The notes beneath the pieces were generated by a model. It made no database searches and had not been told where the DNA came from. It was given only the letters and a program-made list of their open reading frames with translations. A stretch of DNA of 64,000 nt. Origin: an uncultured bacterium. GTDB lineage: Bacteria > Acidobacteriota > Thermoanaerobaculia > Multivoradales > JAHZIX01. Below, piece by piece: positions 18,085 to 28,272 of this stretch. Where the stretch lies: assembly GCA_965368975.1 (NCBI GenBank), contig CBDUPA010000008.1, positions 160,001 to 224,000 of the forward strand, read 5' to 3'. A program made the position numbers and the translations under genes. Within the stretch, counting starts at the first letter, position 1. Each line of letters begins with the position of its first letter.

Positions 18085-18675
18085 TCAGGGAGAGCAGTGA
18101 TCATAGAGCTCACGCAGGGCCAGCCGCAGATTGCCACCGTGCCGCGCGTAGAGCTCCGTCGCATCGGGTAGGCGCTGGCGCAGGCGTGCGGCCTGGGATG
18201 CCGGCAACGGACGCAGCAATACGTCGATCAAGTGTTGCAGCAGCACGGGGCTCGTCGACGTAGTCAGCAGGGTCGGTAACCGTCCAGGCCTGTGCATCGT
18301 GATCAGCAGGCCTGCGGCGTTGCGACTACGGCGCCGCAGGTGCCACCAGGCCAGGGGGCCGAGTTGCTCGGCGCCGTCGAGCACCAGGACGGTGCGAAGG
18401 TCGAGCTCCGCGAGCCAGGTGCCTTCGATCTCCGGCGGCAGGCGTCGCAGGCCGTCGTGCAGGCGCAGGCCGCGCACCTGCAGCCCGGCAGCCTCCAGTC
18501 GTAGCGTCAGCTTGCTGAGCAGAGTCGTCTTGCCACTGCCGTGGGGTCCGACGATGGCACCTCGATAGTTCGCCGCTTGCAGGTTCTGCAACAAGTCGTC
18601 CCAGTCCCAGCCCTGGGGCTGCAGGGGCAGGTGGTCGATGCATTGTGCGCGGAACGGATTGTCTGCGGGGCGCAC
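18085..18675 (-). CDS. Small P-loop NTPase (AAA-like)
   Basis: DNPF start motif, Walker A GPHGSGKT, Walker B VLVLDG, GNLR..LYD end; GTG start inferred. Confidence 0.75.
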   Translation of the reverse strand: MRPADNPFRAQCIDHLPLQPQGWDWDDLLQNLQAANYRGAIVGPHGSGKTTLLSKLTLRLEAAGLQVRGLRLHDGLRRLPPEIEGTWLAELDLRTVLVLDGAEQLGPLAWWHLRRRSRNAAGLLITMHRPGRLPTLLTTSTSPVLLQHLIDVLLRPLPASQAARLRQRLPDATELYARHGGNLRLALRELYDHCSP

Positions 18676-18686
18676 GGCCGGGGCGG

Positions 18687-19082
18687 TCAGGCTTCGTCTG
18701 CCACGGCAGTACCGAGCTGGATCTCTTGACCCGTGGGGGAGAGGACGAATTTCACCAGCTGTGCCTCGTGCTGCGGCTCGGCGATCAGCTCGACGCCCCA
18801 ATGCAAGGTGATCAGCTTGCCCGAAAAGCTGTAGGGCCCTTCCGGTAGCCAGAACTGGAAGCGTTCACTGCCCGACTGGCTGTTGGCCAGGACCAAGGAA
18901 TCGACCACCCCGACGTCCTCGTCACCCTTGCCCTCGGTGTACCAGAAGAGGCGCACTTCCAGCCGGTCCGGCATCTCGTCGAGCTGCCAGCGAGCTTCGC
19001 CTTCGAGCGAGTCTCCGGGGCGGTAACTCTGGTCTTCACCGGCGAGCTGGTCACCGGCCAAGGCAATGTGCAGCGAGTTCAT
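18687..19082 (-). CDS. Hypothetical protein (beta-sandwich-like)
   Basis: 131-aa ORF coupled to the upstream gene (ATGA overlap); LFWYTEGKG and PYSFSGKLI. Confidence 0.7.
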   Translation of the reverse strand: MNSLHIALAGDQLAGEDQSYRPGDSLEGEARWQLDEMPDRLEVRLFWYTEGKGDEDVGVVDSLVLANSQSGSERFQFWLPEGPYSFSGKLITLHWGVELIAEPQHEAQLVKFVLSPTGQEIQLGTAVADEA

Positions 19083-20401
19083 CGAAAGCCTCCCGTGACG
19101 GCGGCCGGCTGCACAATGAAGGGATACTCGTGCGTGATGTCCGGCCAGTTCGGGATGTCACCCACGGCTTTCAGCTTCCACACGATCTTGTTGCGATTCG
19201 CCTCGAAGGAGTGCATCAGGTGGGGCGGCAGCTGCAGGCTCGCCGAGCCGGTCATCTCGTTGCGCCGCGGCGTCTGGTCGACGACTGGGATCTCGGCGAA
19301 GACTTCTTTGGCCGTGTGCGTCGACGTACCCCGACGATATGTCGCCTCCTCGCGTCCTTCGAGCACGATCTTGAAGCGGCGCACCCGGTTCGGAGGTCGG
19401 TTGAAGGTCCAGCTCACCTGGATCATTTCTCCGGGCCGCGCCTGGCCAGAGGAGATGTGCAGCGACAGGCGTGGGTTGAACAGGGCCAGGAAGGTGTGGA
19501 CGATCCCGCCGATCAGGGCCAGGCCGACGAGCACGAAGGGAATCAGGAAGAGCGTGAGGAACCAGTCGGCGGAACCGCTGGTCCAGCTCTTGTAGGCCTG
19601 GTACACGAAGATACTGACGATGCCGTTCCAGAACAGCGAGATGAGGATCATGATGATCAGCTGGCCCAAGGGCGAGCTGTCGGCCTCCAGTTCCTGCGCT
19701 CCGCTGCTACCCACGGGTATGGGGGCGTCAGTGCCTGCGGCGCTGGCCAGGAAGCTGTGTCCCGCGGCACCAGGCGGCGGACCACCGACCAGGCCGGCGA
19801 TCCCCGGGCGCGCTTCTTGTGCCGTGCGCACTTGCTCGGCTAGCGAAGGCTTCGGCCGCCAGCTGGAGGTCTCGACGTTGGCGGGGCCACCACGGTTACG
19901 CCAGGTTGAGATTGACCAGACAATCCCGCCGGCTCCGACCGCGACGAAGATCATCGGCAACAATCCGAAGAGCAATTCCCAGTGCAAGCCGCGGTGGATG
20001 ACCGCTTCTGCTGGCGCGGTCGGGTCGACGTAGCAGGTGATTTTCGATCCCGGCGGATGTGCTTCGACGACTGCGGCCTTGCCGTCGTAGCCACTGCTCG
20101 ACCCGGTCATGAATTGGTAACGATCCGAAGTGAACTCACCTCCACCCCAGGCGTAGCCATAGGTGATGTCGACGCTGTACGTCGATCCGCCTTCGTCACT
20201 CGGGTGCACCCCGACGTCGCTCGAGATCACCGTAGCCTCGACTGGCTCCCAGTTGCGTGCGTCCAGAATGCTGAGCACCGGCTCGAGGAAGATGAACCAC
20301 AGGAAGATCAGGCCGAAGACGAGGAAGACGCCGAAGAACAAGACCATGCAGCCGGGGTGGTTGCTCTCTCTCTTGTTGCTGGACTTGGGTTTCTGGGCCA
20401 T
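19079..20401 (-). CDS. DUF3592-domain membrane protein
   Basis: TM, then W..VEATVISS..Y.Y..G.EF..CYVDP..P.EAV, further TMs and a soluble C-terminal domain. Confidence 0.8.
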   Translation of the reverse strand: MAQKPKSSNKRESNHPGCMVLFFGVFLVFGLIFLWFIFLEPVLSILDARNWEPVEATVISSDVGVHPSDEGGSTYSVDITYGYAWGGGEFTSDRYQFMTGSSSGYDGKAAVVEAHPPGSKITCYVDPTAPAEAVIHRGLHWELLFGLLPMIFVAVGAGGIVWSISTWRNRGGPANVETSSWRPKPSLAEQVRTAQEARPGIAGLVGGPPPGAAGHSFLASAAGTDAPIPVGSSGAQELEADSSPLGQLIIMILISLFWNGIVSIFVYQAYKSWTSGSADWFLTLFLIPFVLVGLALIGGIVHTFLALFNPRLSLHISSGQARPGEMIQVSWTFNRPPNRVRRFKIVLEGREEATYRRGTSTHTAKEVFAEIPVVDQTPRRNEMTGSASLQLPPHLMHSFEANRNKIVWKLKAVGDIPNWPDITHEYPFIVQPAAVTGGFR

Positions 20402-20560
20402 TTGTAGCAGATTCTAGCATCCGAGCTAGCTCTCATCGCGGACGGGGTGTCTGGAAGGCTCCAGTTGGATCGATGGTTGCTGCAGCGGCCCAGCCTGATT
20501 AAGGTAAGAGCTGTACCCTGATAGCGCGTCCGGCACTGGACCGCAGGAGGCTTCTCACGC

Positions 20561-21946
20561 ATGCCCATGCACCCTTCCTCGCCCCACTACCCAGGCTCAG
20601 TTCGCGGTACTACCGAGCTGGCCGATGAGCCCCTGGACGAGTTTCACTTGAGCCAGGTTGGCGACAGCTGGGCACCGGTGAGCCGGGTCACCAATCCGGA
20701 CTTCGACCAGCCAAGCGGCACGCCGCTGCATGCCTGTCTGGCTGGCAAGGTAGCCGTGGATGTCATCCACGGCGGCAATATCGTGCCGGCGGACCTGACC
20801 GTGGAGTTGCCACCGCGGCTTCGACCAACCGTGGCAGCTGGCTTCGACCGGGAGAAGGACTGGGGCGCTGATCACTTCGCGGGTGAGCTGGCACGGTTAC
20901 TCAACCTCAGTGGCTTTCTGCGGGTCGATCTCGCTCGGGTGGTGCTCGACTTCAATCGCTTCCCAGGTGTGACGCGAGGTAGCTTGGCGTATTTGCAGCG
21001 AGCCGCGATCAACCACCCGTTCTCGGAACTGTCGTTCGATGCCAAGAAGACCTTGCTCAATGATGGCTACGATTCGATTTCGTCCGCCTTCGACCAGCAT
21101 CTGGAAGGTGCAGTTCTGAAGCTGGCGGTCCACACCTACGACCGCTACAACGCCGGTGGCCCCTACGAAGCGCACGGCACGGTGCGGCCGGATGTCAGTC
21201 TGCTGTACACCTCGCTTTCTTACGATCAGCATCAGCGCCTGATCGAGGGGGTGTTCGATCCTTTGTACCCGGACGCCCTGGGCTACTTCACCTGCGATCG
21301 TCGCTTGGCCGCTCGGGTGACGCTGGAGTTGGAGAAGCGCGGCATCACGGTGGCGCACAATCATCCCTACAAACTGCCAGATGGCAGTGTCGAAATACGC
21401 TCCCAGGTCTGGCATTTCTTCCTCTTCCTGCGCCAACGCTTCGAAGAAGCCCGGCCAGACACGGTCGAGCAGTATCCCTACCAGCTGGTCTGGAACATGC
21501 TGCTCGACACCACCCAGCGATCCGCGTCCAGCAGCCTCTTGCGCAGCTATATCCACGGGCACCGTCGCCTGGCCCGGTCCGAGCTACTCGGTCACGTGGC
21601 TGAGAGTCGACTGGGAGATTTGCAGAGCGGACTCCGCGAGGAGCTGCAACGGGCTCAGCGTGCCTACGAAGACATCGGCACTTATCTCGAGGACCACCGG
21701 CGCAGCGTGATTCAGGACTACCGACGCCATCCCCTGCGCCTCGGGGCGATGGCGCTCGAGGTGCGCAAGGACTTGCTGTGGCAGTTCGAAGACGAAGAGG
21801 AAGAGATCTATCAGAAGCCCGTGCACGGCCGAGGCGGACTCAAGACCGACAACCTGCGTGTGCTGGCTGACGCGCTCAGCGAGGCGCTGGTGACCTACAG
21901 TCACGAGGATCGGTGCGAGACGGTCGAGCGGCAGCGCTGGAGCTAG
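20561..21946 (+). CDS. N-formylglutamate amidohydrolase-like protein, extended
   Basis: HGG, DWGA, R..LDFNR, VHTY, RPDV, HNHPY and LEVRKDL motifs. Confidence 0.65.
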   Translation: MPMHPSSPHYPGSVRGTTELADEPLDEFHLSQVGDSWAPVSRVTNPDFDQPSGTPLHACLAGKVAVDVIHGGNIVPADLTVELPPRLRPTVAAGFDREKDWGADHFAGELARLLNLSGFLRVDLARVVLDFNRFPGVTRGSLAYLQRAAINHPFSELSFDAKKTLLNDGYDSISSAFDQHLEGAVLKLAVHTYDRYNAGGPYEAHGTVRPDVSLLYTSLSYDQHQRLIEGVFDPLYPDALGYFTCDRRLAARVTLELEKRGITVAHNHPYKLPDGSVEIRSQVWHFFLFLRQRFEEARPDTVEQYPYQLVWNMLLDTTQRSASSSLLRSYIHGHRRLARSELLGHVAESRLGDLQSGLREELQRAQRAYEDIGTYLEDHRRSVIQDYRRHPLRLGAMALEVRKDLLWQFEDEEEEIYQKPVHGRGGLKTDNLRVLADALSEALVTYSHEDRCETVERQRWS

Positions 21947-24900
21947 AGCGGGCCGCCAGTCGCCAGCTGCAGCTGCACCCAGGCGCGCAGGATGTCTAGC
22001 TTGGCCAGCTCGTGACGCGTGCGCTGGTCACGCAGGGCGGCTTCGGCGTCGAGCTGATCGTTGGTGGTGGCACGACCGGCGCGGTAGCGTTCGGTCTCGA
22101 CGCGTAGGGTTTCGGTCGCCAGCTCGACGCCGCGTTCGCGCACCTCCAGGGACTTGCGCGCGACGACCAGGCGCGACAGGGCTTGGCGAATCTCGAGATC
22201 GATGCCTCTGCGCAGGGCTTGCAGATCCGCTAGCAGAGCATCGCGCTGAGCTTCGAGCGCCGCCTTTCGGGGGGCGCGGGTGCCGGCGGCGAAGGGGGTC
22301 CAGGTGACGTCGAGGCTGCCGCGCAGGATGCCGTCGGGCTGGAAGGCGTCGCCATCGACGGTTTGCCAGGATGCGGTAGCGTCGAGGCGGGGGAGGCGTT
22401 CGGCGTGGACGGCCTGGGCGCGCAGACCGAGCGCGGCGGCGCGGGTTTCCAGGGCGGCCATGTCGGAACGGTGAGCTTGGGCGGCAGCGGCCAGGGTCGC
22501 GGGCGTGGGGTCGCGGGCTCGATCGTAGACGCCGTCGTACTCGGGTTGCACCGGGCCGACCAGGCCGACGGTTCGCCCCAGGTCGTGCACAGCAACCTGG
22601 CGCAGCTCCGCGAGCCGGAGCCCGTCGAGTTGGGCTGATTCGAGATCGAGACGTACCTTGAGCGCGTCAGCTTCCAGGCTGCGCCCGGCCTGGACGCGTT
22701 CTTCAGTCTCGGCGAGGCGCGCCTGCAGGCTGTCGATGAAAGCGTCCGTCGTCCGGCGCGCCGCATCGATCTCGAGCACGGCGAGGAAGGCCTCGGCGGC
22801 TTCGGCGGCCAGCCGTTGGCGCAGGCGTTCGGCGTCGAGCGTGGCTGCTGCGGCTTCACCATGGGCTGCTTGGGTGGCGTAGCGCTGGCCAGCGATGTCG
22901 ACCAGCGGTTGCCGGATGCGGATGCCGGCGACCTGGCTGTCGCGCTCGCTGAGGGTGAAGCTGCCGATCGGCGTGTCGAGGGCGAAGGCGTCGTCGTTCC
23001 ACACGGCGCTGGCGAAGGCGCTCACCGAGGGGCGGCGGAAGGCACGGCTCTCGGCCTCGGCGGCCTGGCTTGCGGCCTGTTGACGAAACTCGGCGGCCAG
23101 CGCACCGGGGCGCGCGGCGGCACGCTGCATGGCTTCTTGCAGGGTCAGCGCGGGAATCTCTTCAGGCGTTTCTGCCTGTGCCAGGGCAGATCCGGGACCC
23201 AGCAGCGCCGCCAGGAGCAGGAGGCCCGCGACAGACGGGTTAGCGGCTGCGGAGCCAACTGCCGGACGTCGGCGCAGCCAGCGCAGTGGGTTCCAGCGTG
23301 CCACGGCGCCGGAGAAGCGGTCGAAGTGGCTGTCGAACAGGAGCTTGTAGAGCGCGGGGACCACCAGCAGGGTGAGTAGGGTCGAGCTGATCAGGCCCGA
23401 GATCATCGCCCACGCCAGCGGTGGCCACAGCGTGGCGCCGGAGAAGGCGAGTGGCGACAGACCGGCGACGGTGGTGGCCATGGTCAGCAGGATGGGGCGC
23501 GTGCGCCGCTGCACGGCCTCGGCCAAGGCCAGGTCGATCGAGTCGCCGCCGGCGCGGCGAGTCTCGATCACCTCCATCAACACGATGGCGTTGTTGACCA
23601 CGATGCCGACCAGCGCCAGGATGCCGAGCAGTGACATGAAGCCGAACGGCTGCCCGGACAGCAGCAGCCCGGGAATGACCCCGACGACGGCCAGCGGCAC
23701 GGTGATCAGCACGATGCCGATGCGGCGGAAGGAGTTGAACTCGGCGAGCAGGAAGAAGAGCAGCAGCAGGGCACCGATCGGCATGACGCGCAGGATGGCG
23801 GCGTTGGCGGCGCCGCTTTCTTCGCCCTCGCCGCCGTATTCCAGGCGCACGCCGTCTGGCAGTTGCAGAGCGTCGAGACGCGGCTGCAGTTCGCGGAGGA
23901 CGCCGCTGGCGGTGACGTCGTCGGCGACTTGCGCCAGCACGCTGACCACGCGCTGCCGGTCGCGGTGGTGGATCGCCGCCGGGCGCCACTCGACGTCGAG
24001 GCGGGCGACCTGGCCTAGGGGCACCGGCTGGCCACCCGGCGTCGCGATGTCGAGGCTCTGCAGGTCGGCGGCAGGGAAGGTCTCGCCGGCGCTCGAACGC
24101 ACCAGGATCGGCACTGGGTCTTCGCCGACGCGGAACTGTCCGACCTCGGTGCCGAGAGTGCGGCCGAGCAAGGCCAGGGCGACGTCGGCACGGGTGATGC
24201 CGTGGCGCGCGGCCTCAGCGTCGTTGATCTCGAAGACGACGGTCGGGGAACCCTGGCTGAGGTCGTGACGCTCGTCACGCGTGCCGGGCACGGCGCGCAC
24301 TTCGGCCAGCACCGCATCGCTGGCGCGCTCCAGGGCTTCCAGGTCGTGGCCGAAGAGCCGCAGCTCGACCGGTGCGGCGACCGGTGGTCCTTGCTCCAGG
24401 CGCCGGGCTACGGCGCTGATTTGCGGATACTCGCGGTGCACCAACTCACGGCTCCAGCGGGTGAGTTCTTCGACCGCCGGCAGGGTGGTTGTCTCGATCA
24501 CTAGCTGTGCACGGTGCGGACTGCTCGGCTTGTCGAGCAGGTTGTAGTAGAAGTGCGGCGCGGCGCGGCCGATGAAGGCGGCCACCGAGCGGACCTGCGG
24601 GTGTTGCTCGAGGTCGGTTTCAATCTGGCGCGACACCGAATCGGTCTCTTCGAGGTGGGTTCCCTCGGGCATCTCGAGATCGAGTACCAGCGTGGTGCGA
24701 TCGGCGGCGGGGAAGAACTGCTTCTTGACCAGGGGGGCCAGCGACAGGGTAGCGCCGAGCAGCAGGCTAGTGGCGACCAGCACCAGCACGGGGTGGCGTA
24801 CGGCGAGCCCGGCCAGTCGGCGCGGCAGCAAGGCCGCGGCACGGTCGGGTTGGCTCTTGGTGCGCGGCCGCAGCACCATCTCGGCCATCACTGGCGTCGC

Positions 24901-26373
24901 GACGACGGCGAAGAAGTAGCTGATCGACAGCGTCATCATGATCAGCGTCGGGATCGAGCGCGTGAAGTCACCGGTGCCACCCTCGGCGAGCAACATGGGG
25001 ATGAAGGCGGCGAGCGTCGTGCCGGTGGCGGTGCCGAGCGGCAGGATCAATTCGCGGATCGACTCCAGCACCGCTTGGCGCCGCGGCTCACCGAGGTCGA
25101 GTCGATACTGGATCGCCTCCACCATGACGATCGCGTTGTCGACCAGCATGCCGAGGGCGATGACCAGGGCGGCGATCGAGATCTGGTGGATGATGCCGCC
25201 AGTGGCGGCAAAGATGCCGATGGCGCTGAAGGTGACCAGCGGCACCACCAGGGCGACCAGCAAGCCGAGGCGCGGGCCCATGGATGCGAACAGAACCGCG
25301 GCGACGATCAGGATGCCGAGCAGCAGAGACTTGCTCAGCTGGTCGAGGCGGGTTTCGACCTGGTCGGGCTGGAAGACTACTTCTTCGATCTGCAGCGGAG
25401 CGACTGTGGGTGCCAGCTCGGCCAGCTGCTCGCGCAGGTCATCTCCCCACACCAGGCGGTCGATGCCGTTGCGCGGTACGACGCCCAGGCCGACTGCCGG
25501 CTCACCGCGCCAGCGCATCCGCTCGGTGGCCGGTTCCTGCGGACTCAGGCGCACGCGCGCGAGGGTCTCGAGCGGCACGCTGGAGCCCGACGGCAGCAGG
25601 ATCGGCGTGGCGGCGATCTCGTCGACCGACGCGAAGTCGGTGCGCGGTCGTAGGTTGGCGGTCTTGGCACCGAGGTGCAGCAGGCCACCGGGCACGATCT
25701 CGCTGCGCTGCGCCAGCTGCAGGCCGAGGGTGCGCGGGTCGAGGCCGAGCCGGCGCGCCATGGCGTCGTCGTATTCGATAGTGATCTGTTCCTGCGGGTC
25801 GGCGATCAGCTTGACGCGACGCGTGCCCGGGACGGTGAGCAATCGCCGTTTGATCCGCTCGGCCGCTGCCGCCAGGCGTAGCGGATCGCCTGAGCCGGTG
25901 ATCGCCAGCACCACGGCTTCCTGTTCGACCAGGTCGTCGTCCAGGGTCGGCTCACCGACGCCGCGGGGAAAGTCCGGGCGCGCCAGCGCCAGCGCGTCCT
26001 CGACTTCGTCCCAGGCGTCCCCGGTCTCGTAGATCGTCTCCAGCAACTCGACGCGCACGATGCCGACGCCGGCACGCGCGGTGGAGTAGAGGTGCCACAC
26101 TTCTTCGACCTCGGCCAGGCGTTCCTCGATCGGCTCGAGGACCAGCCGCTCGACGGTCTCGGCGTCGGCGCCGGGGAAGGGCACGACGATCAGGCCGTTG
26201 CGCTCCGGGAAGTGGGGATCCTCTTCACGCGGCATGGTCAGCCAGGAGGCCGTGCCGGCGAGCGCCAGTAGGGCGACCACGGCCAGCACCAGGCGTCGGC
26301 GCCCCAGGACCAGGCACATCAGCCTGTCTTTGACTTGATCGTTGTGGCGCGGGCCTTCCTGCTGCGTCGTCAT
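21943..26373 (-). CDS. RND efflux permease fused to a TolC-family outer-membrane factor
   Basis: GMLVDNAIV, GIVVNNAIV and RTRPILLT motifs in the first ~1010 aa; C-terminal ~410 aa has LTLQEAMQRA and ERYRAGRAT..QLDAE OEP features. Confidence 0.9.
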   Translation of the reverse strand: MTTQQEGPRHNDQVKDRLMCLVLGRRRLVLAVVALLALAGTASWLTMPREEDPHFPERNGLIVVPFPGADAETVERLVLEPIEERLAEVEEVWHLYSTARAGVGIVRVELLETIYETGDAWDEVEDALALARPDFPRGVGEPTLDDDLVEQEAVVLAITGSGDPLRLAAAAERIKRRLLTVPGTRRVKLIADPQEQITIEYDDAMARRLGLDPRTLGLQLAQRSEIVPGGLLHLGAKTANLRPRTDFASVDEIAATPILLPSGSSVPLETLARVRLSPQEPATERMRWRGEPAVGLGVVPRNGIDRLVWGDDLREQLAELAPTVAPLQIEEVVFQPDQVETRLDQLSKSLLLGILIVAAVLFASMGPRLGLLVALVVPLVTFSAIGIFAATGGIIHQISIAALVIALGMLVDNAIVMVEAIQYRLDLGEPRRQAVLESIRELILPLGTATGTTLAAFIPMLLAEGGTGDFTRSIPTLIMMTLSISYFFAVVATPVMAEMVLRPRTKSQPDRAAALLPRRLAGLAVRHPVLVLVATSLLLGATLSLAPLVKKQFFPAADRTTLVLDLEMPEGTHLEETDSVSRQIETDLEQHPQVRSVAAFIGRAAPHFYYNLLDKPSSPHRAQLVIETTTLPAVEELTRWSRELVHREYPQISAVARRLEQGPPVAAPVELRLFGHDLEALERASDAVLAEVRAVPGTRDERHDLSQGSPTVVFEINDAEAARHGITRADVALALLGRTLGTEVGQFRVGEDPVPILVRSSAGETFPAADLQSLDIATPGGQPVPLGQVARLDVEWRPAAIHHRDRQRVVSVLAQVADDVTASGVLRELQPRLDALQLPDGVRLEYGGEGEESGAANAAILRVMPIGALLLLFFLLAEFNSFRRIGIVLITVPLAVVGVIPGLLLSGQPFGFMSLLGILALVGIVVNNAIVLMEVIETRRAGGDSIDLALAEAVQRRTRPILLTMATTVAGLSPLAFSGATLWPPLAWAMISGLISSTLLTLLVVPALYKLLFDSHFDRFSGAVARWNPLRWLRRRPAVGSAAANPSVAGLLLLAALLGPGSALAQAETPEEIPALTLQEAMQRAAARPGALAAEFRQQAASQAAEAESRAFRRPSVSAFASAVWNDDAFALDTPIGSFTLSERDSQVAGIRIRQPLVDIAGQRYATQAAHGEAAAATLDAERLRQRLAAEAAEAFLAVLEIDAARRTTDAFIDSLQARLAETEERVQAGRSLEADALKVRLDLESAQLDGLRLAELRQVAVHDLGRTVGLVGPVQPEYDGVYDRARDPTPATLAAAAQAHRSDMAALETRAAALGLRAQAVHAERLPRLDATASWQTVDGDAFQPDGILRGSLDVTWTPFAAGTRAPRKAALEAQRDALLADLQALRRGIDLEIRQALSRLVVARKSLEVRERGVELATETLRVETERYRAGRATTNDQLDAEAALRDQRTRHELAKLDILRAWVQLQLATGGPL

Positions 26374-27485
26374 CGCCCGTCTCCAGGTGCTGGGACCGTC
26401 AGGACGCGTTCGCCATCAAGGAGGCCCCGCTGGCCCCCGACCACGACTTCGTCGCCGACCTCGAGATCACCCTGCACCGAGACACGTTCGCCGAGCAGGC
26501 GACCGACCTGCACCTCGACGCGTCGCACGGTGCCGTCCGCGCGTACCTGGAACACGGCCGGTTGCCGGCCACCGGGGTTGATCACCGCTTCCACGGGCAG
26601 TGTCAAGCCGAATGGGGACGCGAGCTCGAGGGTCAGTTCGGCGGTCATGCCCGGACGCAAGGTTGGTTCTTCCGCAGTGGTCGCTTCGAATTGCACTACG
26701 ACCGGGAACAGCTGCCCAGGGCCTGGTGCCGCACGGCCGAGAGACGTGATGCGAGCCGTGCGCGACGTGCCGAGAGCCGGTACGTGGACCTGCACCTGAG
26801 CGCCGAGCGCCAACTGGGGGACCACGGACTCGGGTACCTCGACTTCCAGTTCCACCGAGTCCTGGCCGCTGAGGGTCAGCACCGTGCGCCCCGGCTGCAC
26901 AAACTCGCCCGGCTGCGCGTGTACCGCCATCACCGCGCCAGCGTATGGGGCGGTCAGCGTCGTTTCGCCGAGCTGACGCCGGGCTTCCTTGAGACGCACG
27001 CGCGCCGAGTCCTGGGCGGCGGACAGGGCGTCGAGCCCGGCGCGCACCTGCTCCAGCTCTTCACGGGTAGCGGCTTTGGTGTCGACCAAGGTCTGGACCC
27101 GCTCGACGTCACGGCGCGCTTGCGCGTGCCTGGCTTCCAACTCCGCGACCTGTGCCACGGCGGCGTCGACCACGTTGCGCACCTCGCGTGCGTCGAGGCG
27201 GGCGAGTACCTGGCCGGCGCGCACCGTGTCCCCGACCTCGACCGGCCGCGCCTCGAGGCGGCCGCCGAGCAGGAAAGAAAGCTGGGCTCGCCGCGCCGCT
27301 CGCGTGACCCCGGCGAAGCGCAGCTTGCGCTGGCTGTCCATCGCCTCGACGCGAGCGGTGTGCACGCGCTTGACGTCGTCGCCCGAGTCCTCCTCGAGTG
27401 TAGAAGTAGCCGGTACGGCCAGGTACAGCGCTGCCGTCAGGGGTACGGCAGCCAGCAACAGGTGTCCTCTGCGTCGCTTGCTCAC
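26370..27485 (-). CDS. RND efflux periplasmic adaptor (MFP)
   Basis: VEVGDTVRAGQVLARLD, LTAPYAG, LRPGM and LPVEAV motifs. Confidence 0.92.
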   Translation of the reverse strand: MSKRRRGHLLLAAVPLTAALYLAVPATSTLEEDSGDDVKRVHTARVEAMDSQRKLRFAGVTRAARRAQLSFLLGGRLEARPVEVGDTVRAGQVLARLDAREVRNVVDAAVAQVAELEARHAQARRDVERVQTLVDTKAATREELEQVRAGLDALSAAQDSARVRLKEARRQLGETTLTAPYAGAVMAVHAQPGEFVQPGRTVLTLSGQDSVELEVEVPESVVPQLALGAQVQVHVPALGTSRTARITSLGRAAPGPGQLFPVVVQFEATTAEEPTLRPGMTAELTLELASPFGLTLPVEAVINPGGRQPAVFQVRADGTVRRVEVQVGRLLGERVSVQGDLEVGDEVVVGGQRGLLDGERVLTVPAPGDGR

Positions 27486-27549
27486 GGTCGCATCCTCATG
27501 GGGTCTTCGTGGCGTGGGGCCGGTCGGGGGGTATTGGGCTTGGTTTGGC

Positions 27550-28215
27550 TTATTGGATCGGTGTATTGGGGGCCATCGCGCAGGGGCACAGGCTCTGCAG
27601 CATCTCTTGGGCCCGCGCGACCGCCTTGGCGGTGCGTTCTTGATCGAAGATCGGCATGCGAATGCCCAGCGCCAGTACGCCGTGAGTGAGGCCCCACAGC
27701 GCGTCGGCGGTGCTCTCGGGATCGCCCGGCGGCAACAGGCCCGCTTCGATGGCGCCCGCCACCGCTTCCTGCCAGATGCGCAAGATGGCGATGCGCGGTT
27801 CCTTGTCCACGTCTTCCTCGTCCATCAGGTAGTCGCAGCGCTGGATGAACATCAGCTGGTAGTAGACCGGATGTTCCATGCCGAAGCGGACGTAGGCGTC
27901 CGCCACCGCGTGCAAGCGGTCGTGCGGGTCGTTCGTGCTGGCCGCCGCGGCTTCGACCTGCTCACCGAAGAGGCGGAACCCCTCGTCGGCGATGCTGAAC
28001 AGGACGTCGTCTTTGTCCTTGAAGTAGAGGTAGATCGTGCCGGGGGAGTAGCCGATCTCTTCGGCGATCTGGCGCAAGGAGAAGCCCTCGTAGCCACGCT
28101 CCAGGAAGAGCTCGCCAGCGGCTTTGAGGATCGCTTCCTTGAGCTGTTCCTTCTCTTGCTCACGACGTTCCTGGGTCGCCTTGCGCAGGCGTTCGGTGCG
28201 GGTGGCTGGGGGCAT
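27550..28215 (-). CDS. TetR/AcrR family regulator
   Basis: ILKAAGELFLERGYEGFSLRQIAEEIGYSPGTIYLYFKDK HTH. Confidence 0.93.
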   Translation of the reverse strand: MPPATRTERLRKATQERREQEKEQLKEAILKAAGELFLERGYEGFSLRQIAEEIGYSPGTIYLYFKDKDDVLFSIADEGFRLFGEQVEAAAASTNDPHDRLHAVADAYVRFGMEHPVYYQLMFIQRCDYLMDEEDVDKEPRIAILRIWQEAVAGAIEAGLLPPGDPESTADALWGLTHGVLALGIRMPIFDQERTAKAVARAQEMLQSLCPCAMAPNTPIQ

Positions 28216-28272
28216 GGTGGCTCTTGGTCTCGGTGGGTCAAGGTGGTGTGCGATCAGGTCTCGCTCTCTTTG

